In this document: positions 51,824-64,000 of the stretch, piece after piece
Layout: each line of letters starts with the position of its first letter
Position numbering within the stretch: the stretch's first letter is position 1
Source: Octopus vulgaris
Lineage: Eukaryota
Reading direction: 5' to 3'
Length of the DNA stretch: 64,000 nucleotides
Assembly (NCBI GenBank): GCA_951406725.2
Contig: OX597825.1
Span: 30,752,001 to 30,816,000, forward strand
Notes under the pieces: generated by a model
Databases searched by the model: none
Told to the model about the DNA's origin: nothing
The model's input: only the letters and a program-made list of their open reading frames with translations
Made by a program: the position numbers and the translations under genes

Positions 51824-52200
51824 TGGAAGTGCAATGGCCCAGTGGTTAGGGCAGTGGACTTGCAGTCAAAGAACACGGTTTCAATTCCCAGACCGGGTGC
51901 TGTGAGTGTTTATTGAGTGAAAACACCTAAAGTTCCACATGGTTCTGGCAGGATGTGGTGGCAAACCCTGCTGTATTCTTCCACCACAACTTTCTCTCAC
52001 TCTTTCGTCCTGTTTCTGTTGTACCTGTATTTCAAAGGGCCAGCCTTGTCACACTCTGTATCATGCTGAATCTCCCCGAAGGCTACATTAAGGGTACATG
52101 TGTCTGTGGAGTGCTCAGCCACTTGCATGTTAATTTCATGAGCAGGCTGTTCCATTGATTGGATCAACTAGAACCCTTGTCATAATAACTGACGGAGTGC
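51824..52200 (+). mobile_element. tRNA-derived SINE (family C-related)
   Basis: Head caatggcccagtggttagggcagtggac...gtttcaattccc. Confidence 0.8.
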
Positions 52201-52495
52201 TATGATCAAACATCTAATTATGAATTCTAATACACAAAACTACTCCAATTTATAAAATAATATATATATATATATAAATTCATTGTTCCTGTAGTGCTCC
52301 AGCATGGCAAAAGCCAAATGGCTGAGATTTACGTAAGGATATTATCAAAATAAGAATAGTGTTAGTGGGTAGATTTTTCTGGCCAATTATGGTGGTGTTA
52401 TATTGCATGTAGAAACCACAAAAATTAATGGATGTATATACATGTGTGCATGTATAAATGTGTGTGAGTGAATACATGCATACATGCATACATAC

Positions 52496-52534
<39 letters not shown>

Positions 52535-52646
52535 TATATATATATATATATACATATATATGTGTGTATGCATCTATGCAAATATGTATATAGGTATGTA
52601 TGTATATATGTGTGAATATATCATATTTTAACATGCATCTTTAATA

Positions 52647-52678
<32 letters not shown>

Positions 52679-52971
52679 CAGTGGTGAACTGGCCAGGTTG
52701 TCAGCTTGCCTGATTGCAAGTGGTCCCCTGCACCATTAGAATCCATATATGGGAGCCCATGTTAGTATCTAAGGGGCCCATCCCCTCAAGTTTAAGAATT
52801 TTTTATTCACTTCTGGAAGAATGCATGAATTATTTCAGCCTGGGTGTGTTTGTAGACAGTTGAAAAGAATACTTTTAACAAGAAAAGAAAAACTAAATGA
52901 TAACATTGTAGTTGCAGATGGGCCCCCTTAGTCTTCTGGCAACCAATGTTTATAGACCCAGTCAGCCACTG
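52679..52971. mobile_element. MITE with short imperfect TIRs (hAT-like)
   Basis: TIRs cagtggtgaactgg / ccagtcagccactg; internal gggccc motifs; TA-array flanks. Confidence 0.55.
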
Positions 52972-53117
52972 AATATATATATATATATATATAAATTTTA
53001 AATGGGGGTGAGAAATTTTATATTGATTTAATTAACAACAATTTCACACCAGTGGTCTAGCATATAAAAATCTGAAGGTTCAGTATATAGTTCTGCAATT
53101 TATATTTATTTGGACAA

Positions 53118-53189
53118 TCACACCGAAGATCTACGGACATTTACATAAGTAAAATTATGTAATATGTTAATAGTGAAACATGTACGTGA
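53118..53189 (+). ncRNA. Hammerhead-like motif (variant or decayed) inside a TA-embedded element at ~52995-53340
   Basis: tcaca-CCGAAGA-tcta..(hairpin ttacataa/ttatgtaa)..tagt-GAAA-catg-TA-cgtga; U4 is changed to C; palindromic acatgt stem III. Confidence 0.5.
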
Positions 53190-54294
53190 ATAATCTATAT
53201 TTTTATTGCTTTTCTTTTGTCTTCCATGATTACGTTTCTGGTGTTTGCTAAATTCTTCTTGAGAAAATTTCTTAGTGGTAAGACCATAGCGGATCTACTT
53301 CTAGCATAAGGGTTGTCCATATAGTGGTCATCCCTCTCATATATATATGGATGGATGTGTGTGTGAGCACACGTGTGCATGTGTGTGTGTGTGTGAGTGT
53401 GTGTGTGTGTATGTATTTACACTTTTATTTGATGTATGCATTGTAAATGCTTGGAACGAAGGGAAAAACTGATCAGATATCGATCATAAATTACATTGAA
53501 TGAAGAAAGATATCAGATGGAGTCCTAAATCAAGCTGACTTCTCAGTCAGCTGAAAATATTTAATTGGAATGAAAAAAAAATGAAAAAAGAATTAGAAAT
53601 ACCATTCCAAGATATCACAAATTCCCCACTGGTCACGCACGAGAGCACATCAAATGTCTACTTATAAATGGCAAGTAAATTTTTTAGTAAGGTTTTCTCT
53701 CCTTGAGGCTCTGATACCTTTTTATAGGAAATATTTTCATGCTCTTTTATTTAATTATCTATTTATTTATTTATTTATTGTGAGGGCAGGCTTTAATTAA
53801 CCAATTACCGTAAATGCAAACGTGTTTTTTGATCATACATTCTCCAGCCAACTTAGCATATTTTTTAGAACTAGAACATATTCAAGAGTATTCATTTTAC
53901 CATTATTGTTAGAAGTATATTAAAATCTTAGCAAAATTAAAGCTAAGGAATGCAATGTTTTTAAGGGGGAGATATTTATATGTGTTCTAAATTCAGCTTT
54001 GAGCACAATGCTGCTAGACAATTTAGTGCAGTATGAGGCTTCCACAGTTCCAAGTGTAAGTAAGCTGTACTATTAGGCTTCCATAGTTACGAGTGGAAAT
54101 AAGCCATAGTGCTTAATGAGTTGATGTTGATGATTAGATATGAACAATTGCTTCTGTTCATACAAAGATTTAAAGTGAGCAGTTAGCAAAACACTTATTA
54201 AGTTTACACAGCTGCAACTGCAATACAGCAATGGTCTGTGCAGTCTAGTGAGACTCATTTACATGTTCATGGACTGAGCTATTGAGTATTATTA

Positions 54295-54368
<74 letters not shown>

Positions 54369-54872
54369 GAGTGAGAGAGCAGTGCATGCCATCAAAGTGA
54401 CACTGGGGTAAAATATACGAAGCCCAGTATACCCATCATGACTACCTGTCTAATAAGGGTACACTAGGCACATGCATCACAACTACATGTGTTCAACATG
54501 GTGATCTCATATCAAGATAAACAGCACATGACCTTGCAGGTGGGGTCCAGTTAGAATTTTCTTCTGGTCGTGTAACCCATCCTGCTCAAAAGGTCTCTGA
54601 ATAAGGGTTGTTTAAGGATGTTGAACGAACCACCCATGTTTCCAGAGGTGAATTATCCAAACCTCCAAGAATTCCTCTCAACACACGGCTATGATGCATC
54701 CCAACTACTTCTGCTCATGATCAGAGATGCACATATCGTCAGCCACTAAGGGACATGGTCAACTGGTTAAGGTCAAACAACTGACAAGCAAATCTGTGGT
54801 ATTGAGCAGAATATTTGCTGTAGCCCATCTAAAAGAATATTCTGTTCAATACCACAGATTTGCTTGTCAGTT
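54369..54872 (-). mobile_element. Family E element in an (AAT)n array, with a 37-bp inverted duplication at its truncated end
   Basis: Matches 16271-16700. 54779-54815 and 54836-54872 are inverted copies with 1 mismatch. Confidence 0.85.
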
Positions 54873-54900
54873 ATTATTATTATTATTATTATTATTGTTG

Positions 54901-54947
<47 letters not shown>

Positions 54948-55929
54948 ATATCCTGAACAATTGCAATGTCAGTAATAGAAAACAAATGACTGACTTTGTT
55001 GCTAGTAAATGTAAAATAGAAATATCCTAAGCTTTAAGAAGCTTTTAATTTTAAGTCAATGAGAGATATATGACTTCCTGGAAAGTACACAAGTCTATTT
55101 AAAGTAACACAACCTGATAACTGTTTCTTTAAAGTGAAGTAAGGCAGAATTTATTGTGCAACTGAAATATGAACAAGGCACCTGCAAGACATGAGCAAAT
55201 GGACAAACATCTACATGGTCATACAACTTGCATAGAAATAGCAGTCAAATCTCCTTCAAATCACACTTTATCACCTTTGAAAAGATTACATTGAATAAAA
55301 TATTCTGGGGATACATTGTGCCTGTTAAAAAAAAAAGTCAGGATGGTCTTGGGTGGAATGTCTTTAATCATAGGTCTTCTCAGTGCTGTTTTTAGGTATA
55401 GGCAAATTGGACAGTTGCTCAGGGGCCTCACAGATCTAGGGGGTCAGTTCTAATCTATATATTTCACTGCTTGCTATTGATATGTTAATGCTATTGGGCC
55501 TAGGGCATTTGATTTGCCTGGGGTCTGTAATGCTGCTAAGATGGCCTTGGGTTTGCACAGTCAGGACTGATGCAGGGCAAAACAAAGATAGCAGTTTCTA
55601 ATTTTGATAAAAGACTAGTAATTTTGAAAGGTGGGAATTAATCAGTCCCCTCAATCCCATTGCTTGTCTGGTACTTCATTTAGTTGACCCTAAAAGTAAG
55701 AAAAGCAAAGTTAACTTGAACTCAGAACATATAGAGCTTGCACAAATACTGCAAAGCATTTAGGTTTTGTAATGCCCTAATAATTCTGTCAATCCACCCT
55801 GCTAATAATTGTTTAACTCTTCAGCATTCAGATAATTCTGTCAAATTTTTATAGCATATTTATTCACATTGTTTTGAATTGGTCATGCCTTACCTTGTAG
55901 CTTCAATATTTCAATGATTTTTTTTCTTT

Positions 55930-56328
55930 TCTTTTACTTGTTTCAGTCATTTGACTGTGGTCATACTGGAGCATCGCCTATAGTTGAGCAAATTGACCCC
56001 AGGACATATTCTTTGGAAGCCTAGTACTTATTCTATCAGTTTCTTTTGCCGGACCGCTAAGTTACGGGGATGTAAACACACCAGCATCGGTTGTCAAGCG
56101 ATGTTGGGGGGACAAACACAGACACACAAACATACACACACATACATATATACACACATATATACGATGGGCTTCTTTCAGTTTCTGTCTACCAAATCCA
56201 CTCACAAGGCTTTGGTCGGCCCGAGGCTATAGTAGAAGACACTTGCCCAAGATGCCATACAGTGGGAAAGAACCCGGAATCATGTGGTTGGTAAGCAAGC
56301 TACTTACCACACAGCCACTCTTGCACCT
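55930..56328 (-). mobile_element. SINE family B, full length
   Basis: Reverse-complement match to the 10289 copy. Confidence 0.9.
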
Positions 56329-57256
56329 AAGACTTAATATATTAAATCTTGACCCAACACAAATGATTTTAATGTGAGGGACTTAGTGAATTACAGTGAG
56401 ACTAGTATGTGAATTATACTTCCTTTGATCAGCCCCAAAAAAGATGAAAAGCAATTTGACCTTGGTGAGATTTGAACCTAGAATGTAATGAGCTGGATGA
56501 AGAGCAAGACAAAAATCATAACAAGATATTTTCTAAGGAAATACATGAAGGCTTTTTCAGTTGACAACCCAGTAGTATTTTAACTCAATGCTCTTCTTCC
56601 TACTGCAAGCTATTGTCTAGCACCTTGGTGACCCAGTCAGTAGCAATTCTCACAATGGGTGTACAACCACAGCAAATACATAAATTCTATCTTATTGGTC
56701 CTAACTCAAATTATGGGATCATTTATTTTGAATATCACTGTATTGAGTTCTTCACTATTATTATTTCTTATTTTTATTTTTCCTCCTGAAATCATCTTAG
56801 CAAAGTCTGGCAGTTGGAACGGTGGTGGCAGTGGTGGCAGTGGTGGTGGTGGTGGTGGAGGAGGAGAAGGAGGAGGAGGTGGAGATGAGGACAAATGAAA
56901 CATGGGAAAGAAACTCCAAGAATATATTTTCTTTTCTAATAAAGGAAGCAATATGGTTTTGTTATCTGTGGCAGTTATGGCCGTAAATGTAAGCTCCGTT
57001 TTAATGAGCTGAATTATGTTTGGAACAAAAGAAATATTATTGCTTGCAATGAAAGAAATAGCTTTCAAAAATTCCAATCTATATATTACATTTCTTTCAA
57101 GATTTTCTTTATATAGACATTCCTCATTCTTCTATAAGCTGAATATGCATTGTAAAATAAATAATCTCCAAAAGAATGAAAGCACTTATTTTTGAAATCA
57201 TCATGAACATCAACAGCAGGATTGTACACCAATAAATAATAATAATAATAATAACA

Positions 57257-57311
<55 letters not shown>

Positions 57312-57319
57312 TAATAATA

Positions 57320-59200
57320 ATGTTGCGGAGAATAAATGTTGATGAAGTTGTATTGAATGAAGGTGTCATGGAGAATGATGCTGATTTAAATTTTGAGAAT
57401 ATGGAAGGACTGAGCGATGAGGATGAAGGAATGATCGAAGATATCACTGGTATCATTGAGAAAAACCTGAATATGGCAGGAAATAGGTTCAAAACAGGGG
57501 ACAGAATTTTGCTTAGAAGATACTGAATAAAATTGAGACAGATGACTCTTTTACTCTTTTACTTGTTTCTGACTCATCTGTTTAATAACGCTGGAGCATC
57601 GCCTTTTAGTCGAGCAAATCGACCCAAGGACTTATTCTTTGTAAGCCTAGTACTTATTCTATCGGGTCTCTTTTGCCGAACCGCTAAGTTACAGCGATGT
57701 AAACACACCAGCTTCGGTTGTCAAGCAATGTTGGGAGGACAAACACAGACATACAAGCATATACACAGACACACATACATATATATGTATGTATATATAC
57801 ATATATACGATGGGCTTCTTTCAGTTTCCATCTACCAAATCGACTCACAAAGCTTTGGTCGGCCTGAGGCTATAGTAAGGTGCCACGCAGTGGGACTGAA
57901 CCCGGAACTATGTGGTTTGTAAGCAAGCTACTTACCACATAGCCACTTCTATGCTTAATTTTGTTTGGAAGATAATGAATAAAATTGAAACAGGTAATAT
58001 AGCTGGAATAAATAGATTGACTAAAGTTTGTATCATCTACATTGGAAGGAAAGTAGGCCTTGAGCCAAACTGTAAAAGAGGAAATGTAGCAAAAGAGTTT
58101 TGGTAGTAAAAAAGGAGAAAGCAATTAATGAATGAACTTTGAAAACATATCAACATCATCATCATCATCATCATCGTTTAACGTCCATTTTCCATGCTAA
58201 AAAAGAAACAAGGTGAAAACAGGAATAAGGTGAAATATCAGTGACTAGAATGTAGATATAGGATCAAGAAAAGGGGGCTAAATGTAATCCTTAAAGAATT
58301 GGAAAAAAGTCTGCAAGTTAAAGCTACAAAAAAATCTAGAGATATGACTAATGAATCAAACAATATGATATCAACAGATTGCTCCAACAGGATCAGAAAA
58401 GGGTTTTTCTGCCACTGAATGGAAAAGGTAACAACAGTAAAAAACCAGATGCTGAAGAAAGTAGGGGTTTTGGAATGATATTTGGGATAATGGAAGAAAT
58501 CATAAATAAAGATACTGAATGGTTGAAGGAATTAAGATTGGAAGAAAATGAGGGGATACAGAGCAATATAAAAATAACAACTGAAATGGTGACCAAGCAG
58601 AGAACGAAAGTTCCAAACTGGAAATGTACTGATCCAAATAGTGTACAAGGTACTGGATCGACAACTTGGTGGAAATCTCAAAGTGGTTAACCTCAGGTAA
58701 AGTGGTTCTTTGCTAAAATGATCCTGGCGAAGGTTATGCAGTGAATAATAATTGGCCTACCCAATCCCCTGCCTACCTTTGATGTAGAAGCTGATAACAG
58801 GAATATTTAATTGTGTGTATGGCTTGCTTAAAATGAATGACAAGCTGCCAGTAGAACAGAAAGGATACAGGAGGAAAACCCAAGACACAAAGGACCAACT
58901 TCTGATAGACAAAAAGGTGCTGAACAAATGCAAAAGACCATACATTGTTTTAAAGGATAAAAGGAAGAACGAAACCAAGTTCATAGATATTGCCATACCT
59001 GGGGATGCACGAGTAGGTGACAAAGCTATTAAAAGATGAAATTGTATGAATGTGAGAAATAAAGTAACTGTCACCCCAATAGTTGTAGGGAGCACCAACA
59101 ACCAGGTTTGAGAAATATGCTGATGAAACTGAAATTGACATGAAGGTAGGACATACTCAGAAACTGCTCTACTAGGGAGAACAAGGATCTCTTCATTGAT
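57320..59200 (+). mobile_element. Decayed R4/Dong-clade LINE (RT plus restriction-like endonuclease) next to an (AAT)n array, interrupted by SINEs
   Basis: Reads NRLLQQDQKRVF, PDAEES, KVPNWK..DPNSVQG, EQKGYRRKTQDTKDQLLIDK and RPYIVLKDK...IDIAIPGD (RPD..D RLE motif), with frameshifts and a large internal deletion. Confidence 0.8.
57545..57950 (-). mobile_element. SINE family B nested in the R4/Dong LINE
   Basis: Reverse-complement match. Confidence 0.9.
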
Positions 59201-59308
59201 CTTGATTTCTTCATTATTGTCATATACCATAAGTCTAATGAAACATTAAACATTCTCTGCAATCATGACAGTTCTACTTCATTCACTGCCATTCAATGTA
59301 TTAACATG

Positions 59309-59526
59309 TACAAGGAAATGCAGAAAAGTTCCTGGCTTTGGGTAAAAGAAAATACAAGGGGATCTGTTAATTATGTATTCATTTAACATATTCCAATCTC
59401 AGATTCCCACACTTATTTTAAGTCCTACAGTTTTTCTAAACCCTATAAAAAAAACTTGGAAGATTGGGCCTCCAAACAAGCTTTTTGCAATGCCCTTAAA
59501 GCCAGAAACTTTTCAGCACCCCTCAT
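59309..59526. mobile_element. Mariner-derived MITE
   Basis: Imperfect TIRs tacaaggaaatgcagaaaagttcctggctt / aagccagaaacttttcagcacccctcata, with TA ends. Confidence 0.65.
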
Positions 59527-61839
59527 ATATACATCTCATTGTCTCTTTCTAGTTACAATAGGTCTGTTATATTATATCATACTACTGTAAGTCTCCACAA
59601 TCATGAAGTTCATCAGTTTTCACAAACATCATGGTGCCATTATAGTTACCCTTTCCTTATCAATGATTAACTAAGGCTCAGAATTGGCTTGTTTGCTTGA
59701 TCTGGTATGGTGCAGTTGGAAGGGGTTGCAAAGTCTTATTTGGGCCAGGAATTTTCTCCCAGATAGCTGAGGGATCGCTGGTTCTAGATTGGTAGCTCAG
59801 AGTAAATGCTTCTTACTATAAGCAGTTGTTTTGCCTTCTGCTCTTTCGGTGCCAGAGTGAATTAGAATGCACCAGTTGTGCCTTGTATCTTGCAAGCTGA
59901 AAAACTTAATTGACTGAGATGAAGGACAAGAGACAAGGTGGCCACTTTAAGCCATGTGTCAAGAGGTATGATGTGGGGAGCAGAAACAAATGGTACCCTG
60001 CATTTTATATGGGTGTATGGAAAATGTCGGAGTGCAACCCAAACAGAGCTGTATACAGAGATGATGAGTTTCCAGAACATGCCCATGTGTTAACATTTTC
60101 AAGAGATGTGTAAAAGAGAGTATGTATACAGAAGAACCAGGGGGAGTAATGAGTAAGGGTGTAAAAATGTGTTGAGATGGATATAAATATGAGATGGAGA
60201 CAGCCAGATGTAAACACAGGATGAATGTGGTCAGGGGTTGGTATGGTAAATATGAGTAGGTATATGATGGTAAGTGTTAGAAATGGATGCTGTTTGAGAG
60301 TAGTAGAGACGGGAGGGAATGCTGACTACAGAGATGGTGATATGGTATGGAATTTAGTAAGAAATTCTGCCTGTGTTCCATACAGCAGCAGAATAATACA
60401 GTAGGTAGGGTAGTTATGAAGGGATGAATAATAGGTTGATGAGGGTTGGGACTAAAGATTAGAAATGGAAGAAGAATGAGAGATGGATACTCACAAAGAT
60501 GGGAGTGATCAGTTGTATGAATAAGGAATTGATGCCAATGAGAAGTGGCTTGGGCAGGAACTCAGTAGCTGGACAAGGGATGTGGAGAATTATTATATTG
60601 ACGATTTATCACTTTTACAAATTTCTTTTCATGTACCAATGTAGACAATCAATATTTTACAAGAGCCTATGAAAGATCCTCTGTCTGGTCATATGACTTG
60701 TTGTAAATAGTGCCTGGATCTCCTGCAAATCGCCCCCAATCATTTAAAAAAAAATTTCAGGATTACATTATGATTTTAGATTATCTAATCCTAAAGAAAA
60801 TAAATGATCATAACAGAAATGCTGTTACCATAGAAAACTAAGATTGCCTGTGCATGTTTCATTACATGACTATGGTTAGCCTAGGGCTAAAACACAACAA
60901 TATTAATCAATATTTTTTTTCAATATTTTCCTTCAGAGACTATAAATTTCTGTTGTTTTTTTTTTTGGTGTGTTTTTTAATGTTATAATTGTCACTATTT
61001 ATTATATTTAATTGTAATTCTTTTTTTAATTGTAATATTTTGTTTTCAGCAGACAGATGAAAAAAAAATAGTTCCTTTCAAATTTAGTATTATATATTGA
61101 TTAAAAGTAAACAAACTGAATTTTTAAGGTTGGAGAACATTTTGAAAAATATTAAAAATATATACACTGTTTACATTGGAAATTTATTGTATTTATTTCT
61201 TTAATATTATCATGATGTTGCTTTCAACAATTTCATGTGAGGTACACCACCTTCGTGTTCTTGTGTTACTGGGTTGTGTACTGTTTTGTCTTCTGGGAGT
61301 ACAAAACTGTGCTTGTGGGCTACATTTATGCTGATTTGTTGTGAGGAGTTTGTTTTACTGTTATTGTTTTTGCATTACTTTATTGTTTTGTCTTTATTGC
61401 ATATAGACTGTACTGTATGAATTGTGTTATTTTGTATAATAAACATTTTAGTATTTTACACGATAAAAAAAAAACATCAACACAAGCTCTTTATATTATA
61501 TAATGTGTCTATGGGTGTGTGCATATGTATGTGTGTAGTTGTTTGTTTTACATCAGTCTTTTTTCTTCATGATACCATGTGTTATACATTTACATATTAT
61601 TATGGAGCCATATTTCATAGTCAAGTGCTCTTCTTGTTTCTGACCCTTACCTGTATTTTAATTTAGGGAACTTTCATTCCACTCATCTTTCAAAATATTG
61701 AGTAGTTGGTTGAGTTGTAGACAGTCAAATGTCAACAATATCATCATCTGTAGTGGAATAATATTTTGTGGAGGTACAGACAATTAACATACATACAGGT
61801 ACACAAGCATGCACACATAAACATGTGTATGTGCATGTC

Positions 61840-62025
61840 GCCATGATAGATCGCTAGCCACTACACACATTTTTTTCTCTCCTTGTTTTTTCTGTGTACC
61901 TTTCTGTAGAAGAGCGTAGGCTCAAAATGTAGAAGACTTTTTCTATTCCTGAGCGTTATACTAATACATCTGTTTGTTTTGTACACCACCTGTCTTCGTC
62001 TTTTGTTTTTTTCGTAAACTTTCCC
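61840..62025 (+). repeat. Copy of the 3320-3510 element
   Basis: Sequence match in the opposite orientation. Confidence 0.75.
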
Positions 62026-62417
62026 TATATATATATATATATATGTGTGTTTATATATATTTGTTCTCACTGTCCTATTCTTGTTACCACTTTCACCCTC
62101 TGCAAAAAATACCCAATTTTATTTAATTTGCTTTGCAGGAAGGACTATTTCAATGAAGTTGCATCTTGTCCTTACCTTCGAAACAAGGAGTAGATGAAAC
62201 AGGGACAACTGAAGAAGGAGAATATTTTTTATGTTGTATATCGCATTTCTCTGTTTGTTTTTTTCGTTGTTTGAAAAAAAGTTTGTTTCTATGTTTTCGT
62301 TTCTCATTGTGTTCAAGGTTTTTTGATGTCCTGTACCCCATAATTGCATGTATGTATACATGTATATGTAGGTATGTACTTATATGTATATATGCCTATA
62401 TTTTATATTATTTATAT

Positions 62418-62454
<37 letters not shown>

Positions 62455-62549
62455 CGTTTATTAATTTGTTTTGCAAGATTCCTAATGTGAAATTGCGTGT
62501 TGAAACAGATATATTTCGGGATGGTCATTTAAATTTCTATTACTAGTTT

Positions 62550-62801
62550 CAGCATAGATTGACTTATTTCGGTCATGTTATGCAGAGAAAATCCCTGGAG
62601 AAGGACATCATGCTCGGAATGGTCAGTGGCAAGAGTGGAAGAGGCCGACCAAGAACCCGCTGGCTTGACACCATCGAGAGTGATACTGGAATGGACATAG
62701 CCAATCTGAAAGAAGCGGACCAGGATAGAACTGACTGGAGGACACTGATCCAATGAGTGACCGAGAGTCAACTTCGACTGAGCGGATAGATAGATAGATA
62801 G
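62550..62801 (+). mobile_element. 5'-truncated RTE (BovB-like) LINE with (GATA)n tail and 11-bp TSD
   Basis: Reads YFGHVMQRKSLEKDIMLGMVSGKSGRGRPRTRWLD...DRTDWR; attactagttt occurs at 62539-62549 and 62802-62812. Confidence 0.9.
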
Positions 62802-63198
62802 ATTACTAGTTTTATTCTCTAAATTAAATCATCATCATCATCATCGTCATCATCATCATCATCATCACCGTCGTCATCATCATCATCATCATCATCATCA
62901 TTTTAATGTCCATTTTTCTATGCTTACATGGGTCAGACACAAGTCGTTCGATGGCTGGATGTCCTTCAAGTGGCCAACCGCCACCTGCTTTCAAGCAGGC
63001 TAATATTTACCCTTATGATCGAGGGCTAAATACATGTAAGATTATGAGTTCAAGTCTCATCAGCATGTTGTGTCCTTGAGCAAGACACTTTATTCCACAT
63101 TGCCCCAGTCCACTCAGCTGTCAAAAATGAGTTGTACCAGCAGTTCTATAGGTCAAATTTGTAGTGTCGTGCTGAATCTTCCTAAGGACTATAGTAAG

Positions 63199-63429
63199 GA
63201 CGGCGAGCTGGCACAAATTTTAGCACGTCGGGTGAAATGCTTAGCGGTATTTCGTCTGCCGTTACGTTCTGAGTTCAAATTCTGACGAGATCAACTTTGC
63301 CTTTCATTCTTTCGGGGTCGATAAATTAAGTAACAGTTAGGCACTGGGGTCGATGTAATCGACTTAATCCGTTTGTCTGTCCTTATTTGTCCCTTCTGTG
63401 TTTAGCCCCTTGTGGATAGTAAAGAAATA
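63199..63429 (+). mobile_element. SINE family A inserted in an older CORE-type SINE
   Basis: cggcgagctggcac...gtaaagaaatag; the older SINE continues on both sides (63040-63198, 63430-63530). Confidence 0.85.
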
Positions 63430-63732
63430 GGTATGTGTGTCTGTAAACTGCATGTTATTTTTCACCAGCAGGTGCTGGTCTGTTGATCGGATCAACTGGT
63501 GCCCTTAGTGTTGTAACCAACTGAGTGGTCAGTCAATATTTAGCCATGGAAAGATATGACTTCACTGTGTAATGAGAATGAAATGATGCTGTTTGAGAGT
63601 GACACTCACATATAACTGTCACACAATGTCAAGACAAGGAAACACACACACTCACACTCTCACACATTTATACACACATATATACATATGTGTGTATATA
63701 TTTATGTATTTACATATATATATATATATATT

Positions 63733-63933
63733 TGAGTAGTTGAATGAATTATCTTATTAAGGATAATTCGAAAGATAACCGATACCTGGGTAGCAAATTC
63801 ACATCAGAAAGAACACGGTTGAAGCTACATCCCTGGGGCATAGCTTCGGAATTAGGAATGTGCAGCCTTCGAAACATATGTCGAGAATAAAGGATATTTG
63901 TTAACTAGTCGTTCAACTCCATTCTTTCATATA

Positions 63934-63937
<4 letters not shown>
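63733..63937 (+). repeat. TA-embedded element related to 13487-13570 (-), with a partial HHR (GAAA-catatg-UC)
   Basis: Shared ttcgaaacat.tgt...aataaa...cgttcarctccatt motif. Confidence 0.5.
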
Positions 63938-63978
<41 letters not shown>

Positions 63979-64000
63979 TACACTCTCGGAGTGGTTGGCG

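Noticed and set aside
61270-61315. Short gttttgt...acaaaac hairpin as a possible pre-miRNA
   Set aside because: The stem is too short and imperfect, and it does not match any conserved miRNA I recognise.
62170-62222. ccttcGAAA...CTGAAGAagg resembling a type II hammerhead
   Set aside because: Stems I and III do not pair convincingly and the stem II register is off.

Overview
AT-rich, microsatellite-dense eukaryotic (animal) DNA with no intact protein-coding gene, rRNA, tRNA or CRISPR array that I can support. The SINE repertoire and the (TA)n/(CAT)n/(AAT)n density look like a coleoid cephalopod (Octopus-like) intron or intergenic region; that assignment is inferred from memory of these repeats. 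Almost all ORFs in the track are microsatellite or transposon artefacts. Decayed DNA transposons include Tc1, mariner, DD37D/maT, a Helentron-type HINE and several MITEs. Retroelements include RTE and R4/Dong LINE fragments, a Penelope-like GIY-YIG fragment and several SINE families. The most interesting signal is a set of short non-coding elements embedded in (TA)n arrays that carry type I hammerhead ribozyme (HHR) motifs. The best case is 43266-44420: a 563-bp unit present as a tandem partial dimer plus an inverted, circularly permuted copy, with two intact-looking HHR cores (43452-43514 minus, 44097-44159 plus). A second, unrelated HHR lies at 44592-44650, and several degenerate ones occur elsewhere. 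This fits Penelope-like pseudo-LTRs or non-autonomous retrozymes. Several long fold-back hairpins and a few weak micro-exon or terminal-exon candidates are also noted. Coordinates were read by eye, and those of decayed elements are approximate.
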